Source of the DNA: Candidatus Nealsonbacteria bacterium
GTDB lineage: Bacteria; Patescibacteriota; Minisyncoccia; Minisyncoccales; MHMH01
Length of the DNA: 20,763 bases
NCBI GenBank assembly: GCA_016186525.1
Contig: JACPLM010000028.1
Coordinates: forward strand, 1 to 20,763
Direction: 5' to 3'
Shown: piece after piece, positions 1-6,353 of the stretch
Layout of the letters: each line of letters opens with the position of its first letter
Position numbering within the stretch: position 1 is the first letter of the stretch
Notes under the pieces: model-generated
Databases searched by the model: none
Told to the model about the DNA's origin: nothing
What the model saw: only the letters and a program-made list of their open reading frames with translations
Program-made: the position numbers and the translations under genes

Positions 1-57
1 TAGCAACCGCCAGCCGGCTCCTCGGGAAAGAATTAACAAAAGATATGCCGCCTGAGC

Positions 58-660
58 ATGAGGACGTTAAAAAAGCTTAAGTCGAATATTCCATCGCTTT
101 TTCTAATTTCATCGCTGTTTTTTTTCAGTTTGTGGAGCATAGCAGCGGCAGACCACTTAACGCCAGAGAGAGTAATTGAAAATAAATATACGGTTATTCT
201 TTTGATGATCCCAGATGGAGAGCAAATGAATTTGCGGTTTTTTTTCAGAGATGCCAATACGGGGAAGAACATAATCATTCCTATTGCGTTTCGCATTTCA
301 ATTGCCGAAGACTCCTCTGATAGTATTTTGCTGGATAAAAAAGAAGGCAAAACTGCCAATGGCATCATAGAGTTACCGTACAAATTTCCCAGCGGCGGAT
401 TATACAAAATATCGCTTGAGTTTGAGAAAGCAGGCGAAGATAATGTTTATCGCCCAGATCCCTGGACATTATGGGTACCCGGGGCGACTAAAAATTTTTT
501 TCAGCGTTATCCGATCGGCCGCGCGGAAATTGCCGGATTTGCTCTATTTTTTTCAGCATCGGGGATTGTAATTTTCAGTATTTTATGGAAACGCGCCAAA
601 GGAAAGCCGATAGAAATATCTTTTTTTGGAATTTTTAGCGATAAAGATAAGGAAAAATAG
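58..660 (+). CDS. hypothetical exported protein with C-terminal membrane anchor
   Basis: 200-aa ORF. It has an N-terminal signal-like hydrophobic segment (LFLISSLFFFSLWSIAAA), a beta-rich middle, and a C-terminal TM helix (IAGFALFFSASGIVIFSILW) followed by basic residues. It is preferred over the antisense ORF 33..407. No family recognised. Confidence 0.55.
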   Translation: MRTLKKLKSNIPSLFLISSLFFFSLWSIAAADHLTPERVIENKYTVILLMIPDGEQMNLRFFFRDANTGKNIIIPIAFRISIAEDSSDSILLDKKEGKTANGIIELPYKFPSGGLYKISLEFEKAGEDNVYRPDPWTLWVPGATKNFFQRYPIGRAEIAGFALFFSASGIVIFSILWKRAKGKPIEISFFGIFSDKDKEK

Positions 661-672
661 TCTTATAAACTT

Positions 673-1956
673 ATGATAAAAAAACGCGCAGGAGAAAAAA
701 CATTTACAGAGCGGTTGACGGAACAAGTGTTGGCGCTTGAAAGGAAAATCCAGGAACGCGTCGCAAGGATTTTACCTTTGGTTGGCGAAGATAATCTGAA
801 AAGAATTATTTATAAAGAAACAAAAGCAAATCTTCTTAATGGCACCGAACTGGTTTCCGGCGTTTTGAATTTTTCTCTTGCCGAAGAACGATTTTTCAAG
901 CTTCCTCCGGCATGGCTTAGGCTGGTTATAAGGTTTTTGAATGAACTGATCGTTGTTTTAGATAATATTGAACATGAAAACGCCGGCAAGGGCGGAGTAT
1001 CATTTATTCCTCTTCCCATGGAAACAGAGAGACAGTTGGCTGGCATCGGAATGGAGGATTTAGTTCAAAAAGGCGAAGTTGCAAGCTTGGAAACAGAAAT
1101 TATATCCAAGAGCGGAAATCTAATTCCAGTGAACATCTCGGCCTCGGCCCTTAAGGATAATATGGGCACGGTTAAGGGCATGGTGATTACAGTTAAAGAT
1201 ATAAGCGAAATACAAAGGCTCACCATTGAACGCAATAGAGCATTAGTTGCAAGCGAAGTATTGAAGGCAAAAGCCGAATTTTCTTCAATTTTTGCGCATC
1301 AGTTAAGGTCTCCATTGGCTGGCATTAAATTCGCTTTAGCGGCGCTGTTGGAAGAAGGCAGAAGATTTACCAAAGATCAAAAGAAATATTTAGATCATAT
1401 CCAGCAGGGGCTTGATAGGGAAATACAGCTCGTGGAAGACCTTCTTTACAGCGCCCGTCTTGAAACCGGCAAATTAAAGATTGAGCCGCAAGCAACCCGA
1501 TTAGATGATTTTATCCAAAGCATTATTGACGAAGCTTATAAGTTGGAATTAGCCAAAGTAAAAAAATGCAGAATTATTTTTGAAAAGTCTGAACTTAAAT
1601 TAGCTCCGATTCAGCTTGATCAAAATATAGTTCGCCAGATAGTCTATAATCTTATTGTAAATGCCATAAAATATTCTCCAGACGACAAATGCGATGTTTA
1701 TGTTGCGCTAAAAATGGAAGGTAGCAGTTTCACAATCAGCATAAAAGATAGCGGCATCGGCATTCCGGAAGAAGCCCAGCCCCATATTTTCGAAAAATTT
1801 TTTAGGGCGAAGAATACCTCTAAGGTAAGCGCCGAAGGCACTGGATTGGGACTTTATATTACGAAAATGCTGGCGGAAGCTCTTGAGGGCGAAATATGGT
1901 TTGAATCAAAAGAGGGCCAGGGCGCGACATTTTATTTTGCCTTGCCTATAAAATAA
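673..1956 (+). CDS. sensor histidine kinase, cytoplasmic, PAS-containing
   Basis: H-box FAHQLRSPLAGI, N-box IVYNLIVNAIKYSP, G1 IKDSGIGIP, F-box IFEKFFR, G2 GTGLGLYITK. A PAS-like segment ends in VITVKDISEIQRL. No TM helix. No response regulator is present anywhere in the window. Confidence 0.9.
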   Translation: MIKKRAGEKTFTERLTEQVLALERKIQERVARILPLVGEDNLKRIIYKETKANLLNGTELVSGVLNFSLAEERFFKLPPAWLRLVIRFLNELIVVLDNIEHENAGKGGVSFIPLPMETERQLAGIGMEDLVQKGEVASLETEIISKSGNLIPVNISASALKDNMGTVKGMVITVKDISEIQRLTIERNRALVASEVLKAKAEFSSIFAHQLRSPLAGIKFALAALLEEGRRFTKDQKKYLDHIQQGLDREIQLVEDLLYSARLETGKLKIEPQATRLDDFIQSIIDEAYKLELAKVKKCRIIFEKSELKLAPIQLDQNIVRQIVYNLIVNAIKYSPDDKCDVYVALKMEGSSFTISIKDSGIGIPEEAQPHIFEKFFRAKNTSKVSAEGTGLGLYITKMLAEALEGEIWFESKEGQGATFYFALPIK

Positions 1957-1960
1957 AAAC

Positions 1961-2653
1961 ATGGAAAAAGGAATTGTTTTAAAAGTTGAAAATTTAAACG
2001 TGAAATTAGAGAAAGAGGTGATTTTGGAAAACCTGTCTTTTGAAGTGGCTGAAGGAGAGGTTTTAACAATTTTAGGGCCGAACGGGGCCGGAAAAACAGC
2101 ATTGCTCAAAACTTTGCTTGGACTTTTTCCCTTTGAGGGAAAAATTGAATGGATGGCCGGGGTCAAAACCAGTTATGTTCCGCAAAGATTGCCTTTTATA
2201 AAGGATATCCCGATGAGCGTGGAGGAGTTTTTTAAATTAAAAAATATTTCGGAAAGCAAAGCGAAAAACATTTTAAATTCCATCGGCTTAAAAGAAGATA
2301 TTTTGGAAAAGAGAGTCGGATATTTATCTTCCGGCCAATTCCAGAGAATTTTAATCGGCTGGGCATTAGTTTCAAATCCCCAAGTTTTGCTTTTTGACGA
2401 GCCGACAACCGGCATTGACATAGGCGGCCAGGAGTCTGTTTATAATCTTTTGGAAAAACTGCAAAAAGAAAGGAATTTAACGATTTTGCTGGTGACCCAC
2501 GACTTGAGCATAGTCTATAAGCTAGCTACCCGCTGCCTTTGCTTGAATAAAAAAATGCTATGCTACAGTATTCCAAAAGAATTGAGCTCCCAGCAGCTCT
2601 CTCAGCTTTACGGCGAAGAAGTAAAATTTTATCAGCACAACCATCATGAGTGA
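1961..2653 (+). CDS. ABC transporter ATP-binding protein (Zn/Mn ZnuC-like)
   Basis: Walker A GPNGAGKT, signature LSSGQFQR, Walker B LLLFDEPT, H-loop VTHD. It overlaps the downstream ABC-3 permease by 8 nt (ATGAGTGA). Confidence 0.9.
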   Translation: MEKGIVLKVENLNVKLEKEVILENLSFEVAEGEVLTILGPNGAGKTALLKTLLGLFPFEGKIEWMAGVKTSYVPQRLPFIKDIPMSVEEFFKLKNISESKAKNILNSIGLKEDILEKRVGYLSSGQFQRILIGWALVSNPQVLLFDEPTTGIDIGGQESVYNLLEKLQKERNLTILLVTHDLSIVYKLATRCLCLNKKMLCYSIPKELSSQQLSQLYGEEVKFYQHNHHE

Positions 2654-3410
2654 TCAATTTTTATTCAGTTTAATTTCCGGGATTTTTATAGGCGGAGCAG
2701 CCGGGTTTTTAGGATCTTTAATGCTGACTAAAAGAATGGCTTTGGTCGGCGACGCTTTGGGGCATGTGGCTTTGCCCGGAATGGGGCTGGCCCTGCTTTT
2801 GGGATTGAACGTATCTTTAGGCGCTTTTATTTTTTTGCTTTTAGGAATTTTTTTGATTTGGCTGTTTGAGATAAGAACTTCTTTGCCAACAGAAGCATTA
2901 GTCGGCATTGTTTTCGTTGCTTCTTTAGCTGCCGGATTTTTAATTGTGCCAGAGCCCGAATTGCTGGAAGCTCTGTTTGGAGATATTTCAATGGTTTCTT
3001 TGGGAATGTCCATAGCTTCAGCCATTTTTTCCATTTTCATATTCTTGGCGGTAGGGCGCATTTATCCCAGCATGATTTTAGCCGGCATTTCCAGCGATTT
3101 AGCTAAAAGCGAAGGAATAAAAGTTAAAAGGCAGGATTTTATTTATTTGCTTGCAATTGCGGCAATGGTAGCTTTGGGCGTCAAAATCGTTGGCGCTCTT
3201 TTGGTCGGAGCTTTAATGATTGTTCCGGCGGCTGCAGCCAGGAATATAAGTAAAACTTTAAAAGGATATTACATAGGAAGCATAATTTTTGGCATTTTAA
3301 GCTGCATTTCGGGCATTCTGCTTTTTAAATTTATCGGGCTTCCAGCCGGTCCCATGATTATTCTTGTCTCAACCATATTTTTCTTAGTGTCTTTAATTTT
3401 TAAAAAATAG
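2646..3410 (+). CDS. ABC-3 family metal transporter permease (ZnuB-like)
   Basis: 254-aa polytopic membrane protein. The N-terminus GGAAGFLGSLMLTKRMALVGDALGHVALPG is typical of ZnuB/MntB-type permeases. Translationally coupled to the ATPase. Confidence 0.88.
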   Translation: MSDQFLFSLISGIFIGGAAGFLGSLMLTKRMALVGDALGHVALPGMGLALLLGLNVSLGAFIFLLLGIFLIWLFEIRTSLPTEALVGIVFVASLAAGFLIVPEPELLEALFGDISMVSLGMSIASAIFSIFIFLAVGRIYPSMILAGISSDLAKSEGIKVKRQDFIYLLAIAAMVALGVKIVGALLVGALMIVPAAAARNISKTLKGYYIGSIIFGILSCISGILLFKFIGLPAGPMIILVSTIFFLVSLIFKK

Positions 3411-3452
3411 TATAATATATAAATAGAGAATTATAATTAATTAAAAAATAAT

Positions 3453-5303
3453 ATGTTCAAGAAAGCATTTATTATCACAAGTTTGATGGCCGCAAGTTTT
3501 TTTATAACCTACATAGCTTTGGCGCAAGAAGAGCAAGGGTCAGACGAAGTTAAAATTGATACCGAGATTTCAGCAGAAGACTTGGGAGTGCAAAAAGCGA
3601 GAATCCTGCCCGATAGCCCTATGTACGGTTTTAAGAATATTTTTAGAGGAATACGAGAGGGGATTACCCGCAATCCGATAAAAAAAGCTGAAATTCAATT
3701 AAGGCACTCCAACGAGAAAGTGGTAGAAGCGAAGCAATTAATTGAAGAAAAAGGCACCAAGAAAGCGCAGGAGCAAGCTGTAAAAGTTCTTAAAAGCGCT
3801 AATAACGACTTTGAAAAAATTGCCAAGCAGGGTGAAAGGTTTGTCGGCGCAGAAAAATTTCTTAACAAGATTGCCGATCAGTCCTTAAAGCAGCAAGTTG
3901 TTATTCAGAGATTGCAAGAGCAAGTTCCCGAAGAGGTTTTTACTAAAATTGAAGAAAATAGGCAGCAGCACTTGGAGAAATTCGGCCGGGTGATGAATAA
4001 AGCAATCAAGAACCCGGAACAAATGCAGAATTTTCTGCCGCAGGTTATAGAAAATCAAAAAGGCAGCGACTTTAAAGAATTAAAGGCAGTAGAGATTTTA
4101 AGAGACCTGGAAGATAAAGTTTCTCCGGAGCAAAAAGAAGCATTAAGGCTGGCCCAGCAAATAATGAGTCAAAAATTTGAACAGCGCTTTAATGGCCTTC
4201 CTCAGGGGGAAAGACAGGAGAAGTTCCAAAAGTATGTTGAATTTATGCCCGGAAATCCAGCGCGCCAATTTGAGGCGCTTGAAACAATGAAACAGAATTT
4301 CCAATCTCCGGAAATTATGCAGGGAATGGAGCTGGCTAAAGATAAAGCTGTTCAGAAATTTGAAAATAGATTTAGCCAATTTCAAGGAGAAGAAGCGCGC
4401 AGGGAGTTTATGTCTTCCTGGAGGGACGGCGATCCGGAAGATTTGAGAACAATGACTGAAATAGAGATGAGAATAGGGGAGAATCAAAATTTTCAGAATT
4501 TTCAGCAGGAAGCCAGAAATAATTTCCGCGATCGTTTTAGCGAAAATCCAGAAGCTCTGCGGCAGAATTCTGTTTTTCAAAAGATGGCAGAAAATCCCGA
4601 CATTGTTGATTTGAAAATGAATGAAGAATTAAAATCATTTAATTTTATTCGCGAATTTAAAGATCAGGCGACTCAAAAATTTATTGAGAATGCCAAAGAA
4701 GGAACGGGGCCGGTTAATCCTCCGATACCGGGCGGATTGAAAATTTTACAGGAGATTAAGAGTCAGCTTCCCAGTCAGGCGCAGGGAGGGATAGATCGGG
4801 CCATACAAGCCCAAACTCAAACAGTGGAAAGATACTTAGAAAGAGTTGATGATCCTAATGTATTCCAAAGGTACAAGCAGCAGATTGAAGGCGACCAGAC
4901 AATTAAAAATCAGATACAGCGTTTTGCTCCGCGCATACTGCAGCAGCAGCAGCCCAGCTCAGCTGGGCAGCCGCGAATGCCAGCAGAGCCGGGACAAATT
5001 AAACCAATGGAGGGAGGTGAAAGAATACAGCTTTTTGAGGGGCAGCAAGGCACAAAGCAGATACAGCCAGAGTTCCAGACGCAGACCCAATTTCAGCCGC
5101 CGCAGCCTCAATTTCAGCCCATATCAGAGCCGCAATTAGCTCCCGAGCCGCAGCCGCAAATTCAGTTCCAGCAGCCCCCGGCGACGGAACCATTTACGGC
5201 TCCAAGCGAACCTATTCAAACAGCGCCTCTCCCGCAGATTTTTCCTAATTTTTGGCAGAGTTTTTTAGGCACTGTGTCTAATTATTTTCCCGCAGTCCGT
5301 TAA
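3453..5303 (+). CDS. secreted coiled-coil protein, DUF5667-like N-terminus, P/Q-rich C-terminal tail
   Basis: Signal peptide (IITSLMAASFFITYIALA). The LPDSPMYGFKNIF...KAEIQLRHSNEKVVEAKQLIEE pattern recalls DUF5667 (from memory, unverified). Long E/K/Q-rich helical body. The last ~120 aa are low-complexity Q/P repeats (QFQPPQPQFQP...PEPQPQIQFQQPP). Confidence 0.75.
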   Translation: MFKKAFIITSLMAASFFITYIALAQEEQGSDEVKIDTEISAEDLGVQKARILPDSPMYGFKNIFRGIREGITRNPIKKAEIQLRHSNEKVVEAKQLIEEKGTKKAQEQAVKVLKSANNDFEKIAKQGERFVGAEKFLNKIADQSLKQQVVIQRLQEQVPEEVFTKIEENRQQHLEKFGRVMNKAIKNPEQMQNFLPQVIENQKGSDFKELKAVEILRDLEDKVSPEQKEALRLAQQIMSQKFEQRFNGLPQGERQEKFQKYVEFMPGNPARQFEALETMKQNFQSPEIMQGMELAKDKAVQKFENRFSQFQGEEARREFMSSWRDGDPEDLRTMTEIEMRIGENQNFQNFQQEARNNFRDRFSENPEALRQNSVFQKMAENPDIVDLKMNEELKSFNFIREFKDQATQKFIENAKEGTGPVNPPIPGGLKILQEIKSQLPSQAQGGIDRAIQAQTQTVERYLERVDDPNVFQRYKQQIEGDQTIKNQIQRFAPRILQQQQPSSAGQPRMPAEPGQIKPMEGGERIQLFEGQQGTKQIQPEFQTQTQFQPPQPQFQPISEPQLAPEPQPQIQFQQPPATEPFTAPSEPIQTAPLPQIFPNFWQSFLGTVSNYFPAVR

Positions 5304-5453
5304 ATGCCGCTCATTACTCTGAATCAAGAGAATAATTGGGCTTATATTTTGATCATTGCCACTTGGGCGTTAATAGCCGGCGCATTTGTTGTCTATTATG
5401 CGATTGATACGACCAATGAAATAAATTCTTTAAATCAGAATATTTCATATTAG
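5304..5453 (+). CDS. possible small single-pass membrane protein (49 aa)
   Basis: The ATG directly abuts the TAA of the upstream gene (TAAATG). It translates to MPLITLNQENNWAYILIIATWALIAGAFVVYYAIDTTNEINSLNQNISY, with one clear TM helix. It falls below the ORF-track size cutoff. Confidence 0.4.
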   Translation: MPLITLNQENNWAYILIIATWALIAGAFVVYYAIDTTNEINSLNQNISY

Positions 5454-5466
5454 GCCTGTGGATAAC
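5454..5466 (+). promoter_or_regulatory. DnaA-box-like motif inside 13-nt repeat GCCTGTGGATAAC (copy 1)
   Basis: TGTGGATAA (5457..5465) is the exact reverse complement of the consensus DnaA box TTATCCACA. The 13-mer is identical at 19021..19033. It lies 1 nt after a stop codon and 29 nt upstream of a TTGACG -35 element. Confidence 0.4.
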
Positions 5467-5494
5467 TGCCAATTTTTATTCTATTTTTCATTAC

Positions 5495-5522
5495 TTGACG
5501 AAGTTTCCCGCTGGATTAAAAT
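5495..5522 (+). promoter_or_regulatory. sigma70-type promoter for the candidate structured RNA
   Basis: TTGACG (5495..5500), 16-nt spacer, TAAAAT (5517..5522). No ORF follows it. Confidence 0.45.
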
Positions 5523-5528
5523 AGAAAT

Positions 5529-5773
5529 TGGGTGTGTCTATGCACCATGGCAGAAGGGAGTGAGTGTCGCAGTACGACAGAGATCTCTCATTTCATTTTT
5601 CCTCCTTTAGCATATACCCCGAAACAATCAAAGGGTTTCCCTGAGCTTGTTGAGGAGTTGGCGATAGGATTAAAACTCCAAGCTTGGTAGAAAAACGAAA
5701 TGGGCTCAAATGCATAAGTACCTTACGACATTCATTTCCTTCTGCCCTGCCCCGCAAGGGGCTTTTTGTTTTT
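5529..5773 (+). ncRNA. candidate structured small RNA (~245 nt), family not identified
   Basis: Promoter upstream. A 21-bp long-range closing helix pairs 5549..5569 (GGCAGAAGGGAGUGAGUGUCG) with 5726..5746 (CGACAUUCAUUUCCUUCUGCC): 18 Watson-Crick pairs plus 3 G-U. There are internal hairpins, e.g. 5642..5649/5679..5686 plus 5655..5659/5674..5678. It ends in an intrinsic terminator. No credible ORF. Confidence 0.45.
5749..5773 (+). terminator. rho-independent terminator
   Basis: GCCCC-GCAA-GGGGC (5-bp GC stem, GNRA loop) followed by TTTTTGTTTTT. Confidence 0.65.
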
Positions 5774-5777
5774 AGTG

Positions 5778-5786
5778 TGCTATAAT
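5778..5786 (+). promoter_or_regulatory. extended -10 element TGCTATAAT
   Basis: TGn plus perfect TATAAT, 7 nt upstream of the 5793 hairpin. There is no good -35, so it may be fortuitous. Confidence 0.25.
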
Positions 5787-5792
5787 AAAATT

Positions 5793-5856
5793 GGTGGGGG
5801 AAAAGGCGATGCTTTAAATCCTATCGCCGCCTAGTCCCTCGCCATTTATTTTTTTT
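5793..5856 (+). terminator. two-tier hairpin plus U8 tract (second terminator or very short RNA)
   Basis: GGUGGGGGA (5793..5801) pairs with UCCCUCGCC (5835..5843), including 2 G-U pairs. The inner stem pairs GGCGAU (5805..5810) with AUCGCC (5823..5828). It is followed by ATTTATTTTTTTT. Confidence 0.4.
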
Positions 5857-5974
5857 CTGACCCATTGAGGTCTTTTTTTGTGAATAATATGTGTACAATT
5901 TCGGCAGTTCTCGAACAAATTGAGGACAAATCGCAGATTGACCCTCCTGCTTCATTCCTGTATATTTAAAGTAG

Positions 5975-6020
5975 AAAGGGCATTATAAAAGCGATAGGAA
6001 TTGCTTTTGTGATGCCCTTT
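5975..6020 (+). other. imperfect long hairpin upstream of the 6028 ORF
   Basis: AAAGGGCAU (5975..5983) pairs with AUGCCCUUU (6012..6020). The inner stem is AAAAGC/GCUUUU, and the apical loop GAUAGGAAUU carries repeat copy 3. It is followed by a U-rich stretch and then ATG 6028. Confidence 0.5.
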
Positions 6021-6027
6021 TACTTTT

Positions 6028-6306
6028 ATGAAGCGTTCTAAAAAGAAAAAAACCAATTTTGGAGATATACAGGAAAAAGCCCTAAACTGGATTTGGGTGG
6101 TTTTGCTTATCAGCGGAATTATGTTTTTAAAAGGTCTTTTAAGCGATATGAATACGCAAACCAACCGGCTTTCCGAAGAAAGAAAATTATTTCAAAAAGA
6201 ATTAAATGAAGAAAGAACGCAGAGCAGGGCCCTCTACGATGAGTTTTATGCGGAATTGAACAAAACCATAAAAAAAGCAATAGAAACTATTAATGGCGAG
6301 GGATAG
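6028..6306 (+). CDS. small membrane-anchored coiled-coil protein, hypothetical
   Basis: 92 aa. Basic N-terminus (MKRSKKKK), one TM helix (ALNWIWVVLLISGIMFL), then a charged helical tail. Preferred over the antisense ORF 5952..6164. Confidence 0.55.
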   Translation: MKRSKKKKTNFGDIQEKALNWIWVVLLISGIMFLKGLLSDMNTQTNRLSEERKLFQKELNEERTQSRALYDEFYAELNKTIKKAIETINGEG

Positions 6307-6318
6307 ATTAGACAAGAA

Positions 6319-6347
6319 TTGAATAAATTTGCTATTATTGATATAAT
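6319..6347 (+). promoter_or_regulatory. near-consensus promoter positioned for a leaderless S41 peptidase mRNA
   Basis: TTGAAT (6319..6324), 17-nt spacer, TATAAT (6342..6347). Only 6 nt (AACAAA) separate it from ATG 6354, and there is no SD. Confidence 0.55.
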
Positions 6348-6353
6348 AACAAA

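Larger units (their letters stand above)
5660..6002. repeat. three dispersed copies of GCGATAGGAWTT
   Basis: Copies are GGCGATAGGATT at 5660..5671 (+), AATCCTATCGCC at 5817..5828 (the same motif on the - strand) and GCGATAGGAATT at 5991..6002 (+). The 9-mer core GCGATAGGA is exact in all three. Confidence 0.8.

Noticed and set aside
1-57. 3' end of an upstream + strand gene
   Set aside because: Two frames are open into the window (stops at 53..55 and 78..80), but the tails are too short to recognise or to choose between.
33-4580. - strand ORFs 33..407, 810..1046, 1906..2166, 2173..2421, 2654..3061, 4143..4580
   Set aside because: Each is nested antisense in a + strand gene with clear domain signatures or signal/TM logic, and none has motifs of its own.
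4846-5193. ORFs 4846..5139 (+) and 4999..5193 (-)
   Set aside because: They are open only because of the CAG/CCG-rich repeat composition of the P/Q tail of the 3453..5303 gene.
5787-5845. T-box leader, suggested by AAAAUUGGUGGGGGAAAAGGCG
   Set aside because: It lacks the GGUGGNACCGCG core and the specifier-loop/AGAGA features, and no aminoacyl-tRNA synthetase or amino-acid gene lies downstream.
5888-5968. 26-codon ORF MCTISAVLEQIEDKSQIDPPASFLYI
   Set aside because: It has no SD and no promoter geometry, it is very short, and nothing distinguishes it from chance.
5454-6027. Replication origin, suggested by the perfect DnaA boxes
   Set aside because: There is only one box at each locus, 13.5 kb apart. 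There is no cluster of boxes, no adjacent dnaA or dnaN, and no obvious AT-rich unwinding repeats. A transcription-factor role is more plausible.
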